Part shown: positions 1-10,394 of the stretch, piece by piece
Position numbering within the stretch: the stretch's first letter is position 1
Layout of the letters: each line of letters starts with the position of its first letter
Assembly (NCBI GenBank): GCA_964384105.1
Contig: CAYLJV010000001.1
Span: forward strand, 160,001 to 224,000
DNA: 64,000 bases
Direction of reading: 5' to 3'
Origin: Candidatus Hadarchaeota archaeon
GTDB taxonomy: Archaea; Hadarchaeota; Hadarchaeia; Hadarchaeales; JAGGTB01
Translations under genes and position numbers: made by a program
Notes under the pieces: model-generated
What the model saw: the letters and a program-made list of their open reading frames with translations, nothing else
What the model was told of the DNA's origin: nothing
Database searches by the model: none

Positions 1-309
1 GAAGAGGTTTTCGAGACCAAAGATAATATCTGGAGAGGGTTCCCGATTATCCCAGGATCTCATTTAGAACTTAGAGAAGAGTTTGAGTCCTACGATGCAA
101 GGAAAAAATTCGATGTGCGCATCGAAGAGGAGCGAGAGTTTGCTGAGGGATGTCGTTGTGGAGAAGTGCTAAAAGGTTTGATTTCTCCTACTGACTGCCC
201 GTTGTTTATGAAGGGTTGTAAACCAGATTCACCGAAGGGTCCATGTATGGTGTCTGTTGAGGGGACCTGTAGCGTGTGGGCGAAACACGGAGACCCTTCT
301 AAGTTTTGA
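1..309 (+). CDS. hypD: Hydrogenase formation protein HypD, C-terminal part (runs off the window start)
   Basis: Frame 1 is open from base 1: WRGFPIIPGS...GCRCGEVLKG...CPLF...PKGPCMVSVEGTC, the HypD C-terminal Fe-S motifs. Confidence 0.93.
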   Translation, partial: EEVFETKDNIWRGFPIIPGSHLELREEFESYDARKKFDVRIEEEREFAEGCRCGEVLKGLISPTDCPLFMKGCKPDSPKGPCMVSVEGTCSVWAKHGDPSKF

Positions 310-1291
310 ATATTCTCCATAGTTCATCCTGTTTTGGAAAGTCAAGTTCCTTGCCGTCCATGAGTCTAGTTTTTTCGTCCTCCAGTATCTCACCGATCTC
401 TGAGGCTGGAATGTCTTTTTCTTCTAGAGCTTTGATTATGGCTTTGGTGTCCTCAGGTTCACAGCAGATTAGCAGACTTCCGGATCCGATGGTTTTTAGA
501 GGGTCTATATTGAAGTAATCGCATATCTCTCTCGTTATTTCGGAGATCGTTACAGAATCAGAATTTATAGAAAACCCGACTTTGGAAGCGTCGGCCAGTT
601 CATGGAGACCGCCTACGAGCCCGCCTTCAGTGGGATCATGCATAGCATGGACTTCTCCCGAATTAATCGCAGTGGATGCGTCCTCCACCACGCTTATCTT
701 TTTGAGAAATTTTTTTGCTTTATCTAGTGAACCTGGACGAAGCTTTTCGCTTAATTTTTCCTCATAGTTTGAGGCAAGTAAAAAAGTGCCTTCTATTGCA
801 GCGGTTTTAGTGAAGATTATGTGATCTCCGGGCTTTGCTCGGTCGGTGGATACCCATTTGTCCAATGGAGCTTCTCCGATCATAGCTCCAGAGATCAGAA
901 CTCTCTTTAATCCAGGTGTTACTTCTGTGTGGCCTCCGACTAAGGAGATTCCCAGTTCTTCGCTTGCTGTTTTTGCCCTTTCGAAAATTTCTCTTATCTC
1001 CGATTCTTTTATTCCCTCAGGTAAGAAGAGATTCATTAGGAACCATTGGGGAGTTGCTCCGGTAGTTGCTACATCATTTGCGTTAACATGTACTGAGAGC
1101 CAGCCGGGGTCTTTCAGTGCACCGGTTATAGGGTCTGAAGAGAGGGCCAATACTCTGTCTTCGAGCTTTACTATCGATGCATCTATTCCTACTTCCGGCC
1201 CGACCAAGACCCTTTCGTCTTTTAATTCTAATAGAGAGAAAAGTATCTCTTTTAGCTTATAAGGACTGATTTTTCCTGTTGGTAGGGGCAT
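299..1291 (-). CDS. AIR synthase-related (HypE-like/PurM family) protein
   Basis: SSDPITG, VHVNANDVAT, GGHTEVTPG and MHDPTEGG motifs; start moved to ATG at 1291 (MPLPTGK). Confidence 0.85.
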   Translation of the reverse strand: MPLPTGKISPYKLKEILFSLLELKDERVLVGPEVGIDASIVKLEDRVLALSSDPITGALKDPGWLSVHVNANDVATTGATPQWFLMNLFLPEGIKESEIREIFERAKTASEELGISLVGGHTEVTPGLKRVLISGAMIGEAPLDKWVSTDRAKPGDHIIFTKTAAIEGTFLLASNYEEKLSEKLRPGSLDKAKKFLKKISVVEDASTAINSGEVHAMHDPTEGGLVGGLHELADASKVGFSINSDSVTISEITREICDYFNIDPLKTIGSGSLLICCEPEDTKAIIKALEEKDIPASEIGEILEDEKTRLMDGKELDFPKQDELWRIFKT

Positions 1292-1381
1292 TTGAATCAA
1301 TAACTTTTTGTTTTTACCGAGTAAAAGTTTCACTTAAGGTGTTGACTGGAGCATTTGATTTAAGACATTTTTTATAAAATT

Positions 1382-1430
1382 AGTTCTTGAGCGGCCGTGG
1401 TCCAGTGGCAAGACTCTGGCTTCCCGAGCC
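1382..1430 (+). repeat. att site, left copy: 9 nt of tRNA leader plus the first 40 nt of tRNA-Gly
   Basis: agttcttgagcggccgtggtccagtggcaagactctggcttcccgagcc, identical to 2997-3045; flanking bases differ on both sides. Confidence 0.95.
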
Positions 1431-1740
1431 GAACCAACTTTTTTGGAAAAAAAAAAACGTTGACGAAAAAACTTCAATAGACGAAATATTGGATAAATTC
1501 AAGGATTTTTGCCTGATAGACATTGACTTGACCGAAAGCACGTACGAAAGACACAAGTGCTGTATATGGGATTTTTTGAAGTTTTATGACGGTAATATTT
1601 CTGGTTTAAACAAGAATGATGTCCGTGATTACCTCAAAACGAGAAAGAATAACGAGGCTAAAAGTACCTACGCTAACAGGATTAAAGCGTTGGGAAGGTT
1701 CTTTCGTGATTTTTTACCGTTTAGGATTTTCGTGCATTAA
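1387..1740 (+). pseudogene. Tyrosine integrase intC fragment (SAM-like core-binding domain only; catalytic domain absent)
   Basis: FKDFCLIDIDLTESTYERHK...DVRDYL...KSTYANRIKALGRFFRDFL resembles an integrase core-binding domain; begins inside the att site and stops before any R-H-R-Y catalytic motifs. Confidence 0.8.
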
Positions 1741-1753
1741 TAATACTTCTTAG

Positions 1754-1838
1754 TATGACAAATTAACAATTATTGTTATAAGTCATATTTAATATAAAAG
1801 TACTTATGACAAAATGTTATTTATAATTATAAGTCATA
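1754..1838. promoter_or_regulatory. Two tandem palindromic operator-like sites, TATGAC-N22-GTCATA
   Basis: 1754-1787 and 1805-1838; both share TATGACAAA and TTATAAGTCATAT; 51-bp period; upstream of fic. Confidence 0.6.
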
Positions 1839-1872
1839 TATAGTATAAGTATGCATAATGTAGTGTGTTAAA

Positions 1873-2832
1873 ATGAAAAATATCATATTAGAAAAACTTC
1901 GTGCTGCGTTTTTTGAACGTTCGGATTTGGAGACTTTACCTGAGTCTGTCTGGAAAAGAAGTTCAGCTCTTAACACCTGGGGCACCAACGCAATTGAAGG
2001 AAGCACTATTTCTCGTGAAGATGCGGAAAAAATTATTTTAGAAGGAAAAAGTGTCAAAGGTAAACCAATTCGTGATATTGCAGAAACCATGGACCATGAA
2101 CGAGCCTTTAGAGGACTTTTGAAACTCCGAAAAAAAGAGATCGATCTTGAAACAGTATTAGAACTTCATGAAAAAGTATTCTTAAGGACCAAAGATGATG
2201 CTGGGCAGTGGCGAAGAGTAAATGTTCGAATTAAAGGGGCAGACTACACGCCACCCCGATGGGAAAAAGTAGTTAATGAAATGAAAGAATGGAAAGAAAA
2301 TTATAGAGAACGGGATATAGATGATGAGGACCCTTTTTCCCTTGGAGCTTGGATGCATTATGAATTTGAACGCATCCACCCTTTTAGTGATGGTAATGGA
2401 CGCGTGGGGAGATTGCTTTTAAATCTACACTTTCTTAAAAGAAATTGGTCTCCAATCCATGTTCTTCCGATAAATCGTGATAAATATCTAAAAGCCCTAA
2501 ACAAAGCTGCTAAAGATGATTTTTTACTCTTAGAAGAATTCATAAAATTTTTGATTGGGGGTAGTTTATTGGATATTCTTGACCAAGTAGGTGTTGCCAA
2601 AGACGAGCTGATTTCTTTAAAAGAAGCAACTAGGTTAAGTCCATATGATAGAAAATATTTGGCTTTGAGATGTAAACAGGGAGAGCTACCAGCATTTAGG
2701 ACGGGAAAGAAATGGATGACAAGCGAAAGAGCACTTGAACTTTATTCAAATTTTGTGAGTAATAAGGAAATAAGAATAGTGGACAAGAGGAAAGGCGAAG
2801 ATACGAAAAAAAGCGAAAAATCTAAAGAATAA
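1873..2832 (+). CDS. Fic family protein with C-terminal excisionase-like HTH
   Basis: Canonical HPFSDGNGRVGR; inhibitory-type TNAIEG near the N terminus; C-terminal LISLKEA...CKQGELPAFRTGKKW. Confidence 0.92.
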   Translation: MKNIILEKLRAAFFERSDLETLPESVWKRSSALNTWGTNAIEGSTISREDAEKIILEGKSVKGKPIRDIAETMDHERAFRGLLKLRKKEIDLETVLELHEKVFLRTKDDAGQWRRVNVRIKGADYTPPRWEKVVNEMKEWKENYRERDIDDEDPFSLGAWMHYEFERIHPFSDGNGRVGRLLLNLHFLKRNWSPIHVLPINRDKYLKALNKAAKDDFLLLEEFIKFLIGGSLLDILDQVGVAKDELISLKEATRLSPYDRKYLALRCKQGELPAFRTGKKWMTSERALELYSNFVSNKEIRIVDKRKGEDTKKSEKSKE

Positions 2833-2839
2833 AATTGTT

Positions 2840-3045
2840 AAAAACGGAAATAACTATTGATGAAACTTATAGAAAGGCTAAGAAGGTTTGAATGATTTTC
2901 TACCTGAAAAAGAAGAAGGCTATAACCTCTCTAAAACCCTTGAAAACGCAATTAAAGAGAAATTAAACAACTATGATAAGCGGATTAATAATGATCAGTT
3001 CTTGAGCGGCCGTGGTCCAGTGGCAAGACTCTGGCTTCCCGAGCC
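2840..3045 (+). pseudogene. Integrase intN fragment (RHH/CcdA-like), degraded at its 5' end
   Basis: KEEGYNLSKTLENAIKEKL reads in frame into the att-encoded LSGRGPVARLWLPEP; an upstream ITIDETYRKAKK piece lies in another frame. Confidence 0.65.
2997..3045 (+). repeat. att site, right copy, overlapping the intact tRNA-Gly
   Basis: Identical to 1382-1430. Confidence 0.95.
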
Positions 3046-3079
3046 AGCGACGCGGGTTCAAATCCCGCCGGCCGCACCA
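3006..3079 (+). tRNA. tRNA-Gly (CCC), CCA encoded
   Basis: Acceptor GCGGCCG/CGGCCGC, anticodon arm CTGGC-TT-CCC-GA-GCCAG, T arm GCGGG-TTCAAAT-CCCGC, ends ACCA. Confidence 0.98.
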
Positions 3080-3190
3080 TATTCCACTTTTTGCAGTGAT
3101 CGATTTGGAAAGGTGGTTAAAAAAACCACAAATTGAAATTACCGATAATAATTATAACCTTGTTATGAATAGATAATAGGGGAGTTTAAC

Positions 3191-3757
3191 GTGCGGCCAG
3201 CTTTGTTGATTATAGATATGTTGGAGGATTTTGTATATGGTGAATTAGGTGATGAAAAGTTTCAGAAGATCATACCGCCGTTAGATAGACTCATCAAGGA
3301 AGCGAGGAAGAGCGGGATACCGGTCATGTATTGTAATGATTCTCATGAGGAAGATGATCCAGAGATGGGAATTTGGGGAAAACATGCTATGAAGGGAAGT
3401 GAGGGAGCAAAAGTAATCGAAGAACTAAAGCCAGAGAAATCTGATGAAGTGGTGGAAAAAAGTACGTATGGTGCTTTCGAAGGGACTGATCTGGAAGAGA
3501 GGCTTAAAAAATCATATAATGGTAAGGGTGCAGATACTGTCATTATTACCGGTTTGCACACTCATTTGTGTGATCGGCACACGGCTTATGGTGCTTTCGC
3601 TCGGGGCTATGATGTTGTCTTTGCAGAAGACGCTACTGAGGCTTTTAGCAAAGAACAACACGAAGAGGGATTGGATTATGCCCAAAAATTTTACGGTGCC
3701 AAAATATTGAGCAGTAATAAGATTATATCTGAAATTTTCGAGAAAGTCGAAAACTAG
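3191..3757 (+). CDS. Isochorismatase-family cysteine hydrolase (nicotinamidase-like)
   Basis: ALLIIDMLEDF, DSH, WGKHA, KSTYGAF, GLHTHLCDRHT. Confidence 0.9.
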   Translation: MRPALLIIDMLEDFVYGELGDEKFQKIIPPLDRLIKEARKSGIPVMYCNDSHEEDDPEMGIWGKHAMKGSEGAKVIEELKPEKSDEVVEKSTYGAFEGTDLEERLKKSYNGKGADTVIITGLHTHLCDRHTAYGAFARGYDVVFAEDATEAFSKEQHEEGLDYAQKFYGAKILSSNKIISEIFEKVEN

Positions 3758-3878
3758 CTAAAAATTTCAAGTGAATACTACAGTCGAGCTGATTATTGGT
3801 TAAAAGATAAATTGGTAAATCTCCAATCTGTCTGTGAATGGAAAGAAGTTTAACTTTCTTTTTAGAGAGAGGTATGAA

Positions 3879-4721
3879 ATGTTTAGAATAGGTGCTCATG
3901 TTTCTATTTCGGGTGGCTATGAAAAGGCGATTGGCCGTGAAATTGATTTAGGTGGTAACTGTGGGCAGATTTTCGCTGGCTCACCACGTGGGTGGAAAGT
4001 AAGTCAGCCATCTGAAGAAGAAGCTCAGAAATTCCGAACTGAATCGGAAGAGGAGGATTTGAAACCGTGGATAGTTCACGGGACATATTTGATCAATTTT
4101 GCTACTCCAAAGAAGAATTTAGCAGAAAAATCAGTGAGGGCTGTTCAAGAAGAACTGAATGCAACGGCAAAAATTGGTATCGATTACTACGTTTTTCATC
4201 CTGGAGCACATACAGGTGCTGGTGAAGAGCAAGGTATAAAGAATATCTCCGAGAGATTGTCAAAACTCGATATTCCTGACGGTGTAAAACTTCTCTTGGA
4301 AAATACTGCAGGAAAGGGGACTACCCTCGGGAAAACCTTTGAACAACTCAATGAAATGGTAGAACTTTCTGATTACGATTATTCGAAGCTCGGTGTTTGC
4401 TTGGATACTGGTCATATGTATGCTGCAGGTTATGAAATAAATTTGAAATATGAACTAGATGAGATAGTAAAAAGTATTGATGAGGATATTGGTCTCGATA
4501 ACATGCACTTTTTGCACCTTAATGATTCTAAGCACCCACTAGGTTCGGAAAAGGATGAACATGAGCATATTGGGGAGGGTGAGATTGGAGGAGATGGCTT
4601 TGAATATTTTATTAACCACGAAAAATTGCGAGATAAGCCTATGGTTCTCGAGACTCCGACTAATGGCAAGGGTTTCGCTTGGAATATCAAGAAGTGTAAA
4701 GAGCTAAGAAAGGGGGATTAG
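3879..4721 (+). CDS. nfo: Endonuclease IV
   Basis: GAHVSISGG, VFHPG, LLENTAG, CLDTGH, HLNDSK, DEHEHIG, VLETP; start at ATG 3879. Confidence 0.95.
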   Translation: MFRIGAHVSISGGYEKAIGREIDLGGNCGQIFAGSPRGWKVSQPSEEEAQKFRTESEEEDLKPWIVHGTYLINFATPKKNLAEKSVRAVQEELNATAKIGIDYYVFHPGAHTGAGEEQGIKNISERLSKLDIPDGVKLLLENTAGKGTTLGKTFEQLNEMVELSDYDYSKLGVCLDTGHMYAAGYEINLKYELDEIVKSIDEDIGLDNMHFLHLNDSKHPLGSEKDEHEHIGEGEIGGDGFEYFINHEKLRDKPMVLETPTNGKGFAWNIKKCKELRKGD

Positions 4722-4822
4722 GGGAATTGTCGTATTATATGATCTGCTTTACAAATGTAAGGAGAAAGCTAATATAATCGAAGAATTGATTTTTCCTACG
4801 AAAGATGTGAAAGAGGAAGATT

Positions 4823-7800
4823 ATGCCAAAGCGCACTGATATAAATAGTATAATGGTGATTGGGTCTGGCCCTATCAAGATCGGTCAGGCTTGTGAATTT
4901 GATTATTCAGGTTCTCAGGCTTGTAAGGCTTTGAGAGAGGAAGGCTACAAGACTATTCTAATGAATTCTAATCCTGCAACTATAATGACAGACTTGAATA
5001 TGGCGGATAGAACATATATAGAACCCTTAACCGCTGAATTCGCTACCAAGGTAATAGAAAAAGAGCGTCCTGATGCCCTTCTTCCTACCTTAGGAGCTCA
5101 AGAAGGCCTTAACATCGCTTCTACTCTCTCGGAGGAAGGTATCCTAGAGAAATATGGGGTCGAACTTATTGGAGCCAAGGCTGGAGCTATAAAGAAGGCT
5201 GAAGATAGGACCAGTTTCAAGGAAGCGATGGATAATATAGATGTTCCATATTTGAATAGTGAGGCGGTTAATACAGTAGATGATGCTCTTAGGGTTGCGG
5301 ATAGAATAGGTTATCCTGTGGTTGTTCGCCCGGCTTACACGCTTGGTGGTTCAGGAGGTGGTTCTGCTTATAATCAAGAGGAACTTCAGGAGATAGCTGA
5401 GAGAGGGATAAACAAGAGCAGAATAAATCAAGTGTTGATAGAAGAATCAGCTGTGGGTTGGAAGGAATATGAACTTGAAGTTATGAGAGATTTTGCAGAT
5501 AATGTTGTGATCATTTGTACGGTCGAGAATATGGATCCGATGGGGGTACATACTGGTGATTCTATTACCTGTGCCCCAGCTCAGACTTTGACTGATAGAG
5601 AGTATCAGAGGATGAGAGATTATTCAATCGATATAATGAGGGAGATTGGTGTGGAAACTGGTGGTTCTAATATTCAGTTTGCTGTCAATCCTGAGAATGG
5701 AAGAATGATTGTAGTTGAGATGAATCCGAGGGTTTCTAGGTCTTCGGCACTTGCTTCTAAAGCTACAGGTTTTCCCATAGCGAAAATAGCAGCTAAACTT
5801 GCAGTTGGCCTGACCTTGGATGAAATTCCTAATGATATCACTAAAGAAACTCCAGCTTCTTTTGAACCTACTATCGACTATACCGTTGTGAAGATGCCGA
5901 GATGGCCTTTTGATAAGCTACCTGGTGCAAACGATGAGCTGACTACTCAAATGAAATCCGTAGGTGAAACGATGTCGATTGGAAGGACTTTCGAAGAAGC
6001 CTTACAGAAGTCAATCCGCTCTTTAGAGATTGGAAGATATGGATTGGGTTCGGATGGAAAATCCTTGGACAAAGAAGTGGATATTGAGAGAAAATTATCG
6101 AGGCCGAATCCGGATAGAATATTTTACATCAAAGAGGCTCTTTTGTCTGGCTATACGGTAGAAGAGGTCAGTAAAATGACTAGAATCGATCCATGGTTTA
6201 TCTTTAAGGTAAGTAAAATCATTGAAGTTGAGAAGGAAATTCAGAATTATGATAGTATAGAAGATTTACCTTCAAAGATGCTTAGAAAGGCTAAGAGGTA
6301 TGGGTTTTCTGATAGGCAATTAGCATTTTTGCTCAACTCGCAGGAGAAAGAAGTCAGAGAGATTAGGAAGAAAAAAGGAGTTCTTTCTACCTACAAAGCC
6401 GTTGATACGTGTGCGGCAGAGTTTGAAGCGAAAACTCCCTATTTCTATTCAACCTATGAGGATGAGAACGAAGTGAGGGAAACCGACAGAGAATCTATAA
6501 TGATCTTAGGTTCGGGACCGAATAGAATTGGTCAAGGAATAGAGTTCGACTATTGCTGTGTACAGTCTGTGTTTGCTCTCGAGGAGGAGGGTTACGAGAC
6601 GATTATGGTAAATAGCAACCCTGAAACAGTTTCTACAGATTATGATACCTCTGATAAACTCTATTTTGAACCTCTAACGGCTGAGGATATATTGGGAATA
6701 ATAGAAGCGGAGAAACCGATGGGTGTCATAGTACAGTTTGGTGGGCAAACTCCTCTTAACATAGCGGAGGAGCTAGAAAAGGAGGGTGTTAATATTCTCG
6801 GTACTTCTCCAAAATCGATAGATATGTCTGAGGACAGGCAAAGGTTTGGGGATATGATAAAGAAGCTTGGCTTGAATCAACCTGAAGGTGGTACGGGTAG
6901 GTCCGCTGAGGAGGCCTTGAAAATAGCCAACAATATTGGCTATCCCGTGCTTGTTAGACCATCCTACGTCCTCGGGGGGAGAGGCATGAGGATAGTGTAC
7001 GGAGAGGAAGAGCTTGAGAGTTACATAAACGAGGCTATTGACGTTTCTCCGGATAAACCGATTCTTATAGATAAATTCTTGGAGGAGGCGATAGAGGTGG
7101 AAGTTGATGCAGTTTCGGATGGCGAAGATGTAGTTATTGGTGGAATGATGGAGCACACCGAAGAGGCGGGTGTTCATTCGGGGGACTCTGCTTGTGTGTT
7201 CCCACCTCAATCCATAAGTGAGGAAATAATGAATGAGATGAGAAAGGCAACTTATGCCATGGCGAAGGAGTTGAATGTTATTGGTCTTATGAATATTCAG
7301 TTTGCTGTCAAAGATGGTAAAATGTATGTTCTCGAAGTCAATCCTAGAGCCTCTAGAACTATTCCTTATCTCAGTAAATCTACAGGCGTTCAGTTAGCTA
7401 AAATTGCTACTAAGGTGATGGTAGGTAAGAGTTTGGAAGAATTGGGGTTCACGGAGGAGGTAAATGTTGATCATGTTTCTGTAAAGGAAGCAGTTTTCTC
7501 TTTTTCAAATCTTCCAGGTGTTGATACTGTTTTAGGTCCCGAGATGAAGGCGACCGGGGAGGCGATGGGTATCGATTCCGATTTCGGAAAAGCTTACTAC
7601 AAATCTCAAATTTCTGCGGGCATGGAGCTTCCTGACAGTGGGAATATTTTCATCTCTGTTAGGAACAAGGATTTGAGAACAGTTACTCTGATAGCTTCTA
7701 ACCTCGAGAACCTTGGGTTCAAAATATATGCGACTGAGGGAACGGGGAGGAAGCTAAAGAATATGGGTGTAGATGTGGAGATAGTTCCTAAGGTAAGTGA

Positions 7801-8044
7801 TATAGAGAGACCGAATATACTTGATCTGATAAAGTCGAAGAAGATAGATTTGATAATAAATACTCCAGTGGGTAAAGGAGCAAAATCAGATGAGTTCGAA
7901 ATAAGGTCCGCGGCAGTTAATTTCGACATTCCCTACATAACTACGATGGCTGGTGCGACCGCTGCGGTTAATGCTATAAAGAGAATTAAGAGGGGTAAGA
8001 TGAGTGTTAAACCGATTCAGGAGTATGTGGAGGAGATAAAATGA
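4823..8044 (+). CDS. carB: Carbamoyl-phosphate synthase large subunit
   Basis: MPKRTDI...[17 protein letters not shown], duplicated ATP-grasp domains, MGS domain, 1073 aa. Confidence 0.99.
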   Translation: MPKRTDINSIMVIGSGPIKIGQACEFDYSGSQACKALREEGYKTILMNSNPATIMTDLNMADRTYIEPLTAEFATKVIEKERPDALLPTLGAQEGLNIASTLSEEGILEKYGVELIGAKAGAIKKAEDRTSFKEAMDNIDVPYLNSEAVNTVDDALRVADRIGYPVVVRPAYTLGGSGGGSAYNQEELQEIAERGINKSRINQVLIEESAVGWKEYELEVMRDFADNVVIICTVENMDPMGVHTGDSITCAPAQTLTDREYQRMRDYSIDIMREIGVETGGSNIQFAVNPENGRMIVVEMNPRVSRSSALASKATGFPIAKIAAKLAVGLTLDEIPNDITKETPASFEPTIDYTVVKMPRWPFDKLPGANDELTTQMKSVGETMSIGRTFEEALQKSIRSLEIGRYGLGSDGKSLDKEVDIERKLSRPNPDRIFYIKEALLSGYTVEEVSKMTRIDPWFIFKVSKIIEVEKEIQNYDSIEDLPSKMLRKAKRYGFSDRQLAFLLNSQEKEVREIRKKKGVLSTYKAVDTCAAEFEAKTPYFYSTYEDENEVRETDRESIMILGSGPNRIGQGIEFDYCCVQSVFALEEEGYETIMVNSNPETVSTDYDTSDKLYFEPLTAEDILGIIEAEKPMGVIVQFGGQTPLNIAEELEKEGVNILGTSPKSIDMSEDRQRFGDMIKKLGLNQPEGGTGRSAEEALKIANNIGYPVLVRPSYVLGGRGMRIVYGEEELESYINEAIDVSPDKPILIDKFLEEAIEVEVDAVSDGEDVVIGGMMEHTEEAGVHSGDSACVFPPQSISEEIMNEMRKATYAMAKELNVIGLMNIQFAVKDGKMYVLEVNPRASRTIPYLSKSTGVQLAKIATKVMVGKSLEELGFTEEVNVDHVSVKEAVFSFSNLPGVDTVLGPEMKATGEAMGIDSDFGKAYYKSQISAGMELPDSGNIFISVRNKDLRTVTLIASNLENLGFKIYATEGTGRKLKNMGVDVEIVPKVSDIERPNILDLIKSKKIDLIINTPVGKGAKSDEFEIRSAAVNFDIPYITTMAGATAAVNAIKRIKRGKMSVKPIQEYVEEIK

Positions 8045-9120
8045 AGGCTTACTTAGCTTTAGAAGATGGAACTTTCCTTGAGGGGGAAGGCTTTGGGGCA
8101 AAAGGCCGAGCGAAAGGAGAGTTAGTTTTCGAAACGGGAATGACTGGTTACGTGGAGGCTCTGACCGATCCATCCTATAACGGACAGATTTTAATGTTAA
8201 CTTATCCACTGATAGGAAACTATGGAGTTTCAGAAGAGGATTATCAGTCTGATGGTATCAAGTCTGAGGCCCTTGTTATAAGAGACCTTTGTCAATACCC
8301 GAGCAATTGGAGATCTGATAAGTCCCTTGATGAGTTTTTGAAGGAATTCGATATTCCTGGCATTCAGGGTGTGGATACTAGAATGCTAACACGGAAAGCA
8401 CGTATTCACGGGACGATGAAATCTGTGGTTTCAGTCGGTGAAGAGGTAGATAAGGATGAGCTTATCCGCGAAGCTAGAGAGCAACCTGGGATTGTAGAGA
8501 AGGAATATTTGGTGGAAGAAGTCTCCTGCGATGAGGTCCAAAGATTTGAGAACGGTGGAGACCTCGAACTGGTTATGCTTGACTGTGGATATAAGAGAAA
8601 TATTTTGACTAATGTTCTAAAGGAAGGAATAAATGTTACGATAGTTCCTCACGACACTTCCGCCGACGATATTTTGAGTTATGAATCCGATGGGGTTTTG
8701 GTCTCTAATGGTCCCGGTAACCCTGCCCTCTTGGATGAGGTGATAGAGAATGTAAGGAAACTTTTCGGCGAGACTGTTCTCTATGGAATTTGTCTGGGGA
8801 ATCAGTTGATCTCGCTTGCTTTGGGTGCCGAAACTTTTAAGCTGAAATTTGGTCATAGGGGGATAAATCACCCCGTGAAGGACCTCGAAACGGGTAGAGT
8901 TTTCATCTCTACTCAGAACCATGGCTTCGCAGTTACAGAAGATAGTCTAAAGGATGTAGGTTTGGAAATAACTCAAATTAATTTAAACGATAATACTGTT
9001 GAAGCAGTGAAACATAGTGAGATGCCAATAAAAGCCGTTCAGTATCACCCGGAAGCGGGTCCGGGCCCGCATGACACTTATTTTTTCTTCAAAGAGTTGA
9101 GAGAAAGCATGGAGAAGTAA
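8041..9120 (+). CDS. carA: Carbamoyl-phosphate synthase small subunit
   Basis: [36 protein letters not shown]. Confidence 0.98.
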   Translation: MKAYLALEDGTFLEGEGFGAKGRAKGELVFETGMTGYVEALTDPSYNGQILMLTYPLIGNYGVSEEDYQSDGIKSEALVIRDLCQYPSNWRSDKSLDEFLKEFDIPGIQGVDTRMLTRKARIHGTMKSVVSVGEEVDKDELIREAREQPGIVEKEYLVEEVSCDEVQRFENGGDLELVMLDCGYKRNILTNVLKEGINVTIVPHDTSADDILSYESDGVLVSNGPGNPALLDEVIENVRKLFGETVLYGICLGNQLISLALGAETFKLKFGHRGINHPVKDLETGRVFISTQNHGFAVTEDSLKDVGLEITQINLNDNTVEAVKHSEMPIKAVQYHPEAGPGPHDTYFFFKELRESMEK

Positions 9121-9165
9121 TTTTTTCTCCTAATAGAACAGTCTCTCCTAAGTTAGAACGATAGT

Positions 9166-9495
9166 TTGAGTAGAACTGTACATTATAGAACTTGTGAAAC
9201 AGTTTTGGAGTCCGAGTTTTGCTTACTTAAGGCAGCGATTGAGAGTATAAATTCTCAGTATTGTTGGGAAGTTGAAGGACTAAAGTTATGGAGAGAGGGT
9301 ATCTTATCGGATAATTCGAAAGTTTGGGGGTTTACTAAAGTCGGCTCTGGGAGTGAAGCAGAGGTAGTTATTTGTGCAGTGGAATATTTGTCTTCGCTTG
9401 TTCCTAGATTAAAGTGGATAGTAACGGATGAAGGATTCAGTGTTGGAAGAATTTTTATTGTGAAGAACGGCGACAGAATTTCTTTGGATTGCTGA
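9166..9495 (+). CDS. Hypothetical protein
   Basis: 109-aa ORF filling the gap between carA and nucS; no motif recognised. Confidence 0.5.
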   Translation: MSRTVHYRTCETVLESEFCLLKAAIESINSQYCWEVEGLKLWREGILSDNSKVWGFTKVGSGSEAEVVICAVEYLSSLVPRLKWIVTDEGFSVGRIFIVKNGDRISLDC

Positions 9496-9607
9496 TTTCA
9501 GAATTTCGAGTTATCAGGATCTCTTTTAGTTTTTGAACAATTCAGTTAATATCTTATAGACTCCAAAAAGCATTATTAGTCTGAATCCTTTCAGACCATT
9601 CTAATGA

Positions 9608-10384
9608 TTGGTGATTAATCTGCACGTACTTAGGAAGCCTACGCTTAAATCGGCTCAACAATTACTTGAGGACTCTTTGAGGGAGAATAAGATTATAGTA
9701 ACGGTGGGCTCGTGCATTGTGGACTATGAAGGTCGAGCAAGTTCTATGCTATCTGAGGGAGAACGTTTAGTAATAGTGAAACCGGATGGAACGGTCTTAG
9801 TTCATCAAACTGAAAAAAGAAAACCAGTTAATTGGAATCCACCTGGGTGTGTTGCTAGGGTTGACCTTCGTGAGGGTGGTCTCTGGTTGATTTCGAGGAG
9901 GTCTAATCCGCCGGAACGACTTTCTATTCTATTTAAAGATCTTAAGATAGCGGCGTCTTTCGACTTGGTTGATAAAGAAAGCCTGCAGCTTGTTGGCACT
10001 GAAGAAGATTTAGTAAAATCTGTTTTGAAGAAGCCGGATTTGATTGAGGAGGGGTTCAAACCAATAGAACGAGAGAAATCCACGAGATCTGGTGTTATAG
10101 ATTTGTACGGTACGGATTCTGAGGGAAGGAAAGTTGCCGTGGAATTTAAAAGGGGAAAGGCCACTCTGTCGGCGGTCGGTCAGTTAAGCCGGTATATTAA
10201 GGAATTGGAAAAGCAGACTAACGGAAAAATTAGAGGTATTCTAGTGGCTCCGAAAATTACCTCAGGAGCTCTTAGGCTTTTAAGAAAGGAGGGGCTCGAG
10301 TACGTTCGAGTAAAAGATTCATCGGATAAAAAATCCACAGATATTATCTACGATAAAAACCAGAAGCGTATAAAGGAATACTAG
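9608..10384 (+). CDS. nucS: Mismatch endonuclease NucS/EndoMS
   Basis: VDYEGRA, KPDGTVLVH, PVNWNPPG, IDLYG...VEFKR, QLSRY; exact start uncertain. Confidence 0.95.
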   Translation: MVINLHVLRKPTLKSAQQLLEDSLRENKIIVTVGSCIVDYEGRASSMLSEGERLVIVKPDGTVLVHQTEKRKPVNWNPPGCVARVDLREGGLWLISRRSNPPERLSILFKDLKIAASFDLVDKESLQLVGTEEDLVKSVLKKPDLIEEGFKPIEREKSTRSGVIDLYGTDSEGRKVAVEFKRGKATLSAVGQLSRYIKELEKQTNGKIRGILVAPKITSGALRLLRKEGLEYVRVKDSSDKKSTDIIYDKNQKRIKEY

Positions 10385-10394
10385 CTTTTTAGAA

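Larger units (their letters stand above)
1382..3045 (+). mobile_element. Degenerate integrated element with split (SSV/pTN3-type) integrase, inserted in the 5' half of tRNA-Gly; cargo is Fic-HTH
   Basis: Bounded by an identical 49-bp direct repeat (1382-1430 and 2997-3045); integrase-like fragments at both ends read in the same frame through the repeat. Confidence 0.85.

Noticed and set aside
1391-1430. Second tRNA-Gly gene or split-tRNA half
   Set aside because: Only the first 40 nt are present, with no complementary leader for trans-splicing; explained as the att duplication.
1447-1457. A11 tract as a phase-variation switch
   Set aside because: Lies in an already truncated integrase fragment and is currently in frame; no further support.
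2888-3136. 82-aa ORF as a stand-alone gene
   Set aside because: Runs through the intact tRNA-Gly; only its 5' part is meaningful, as intN.
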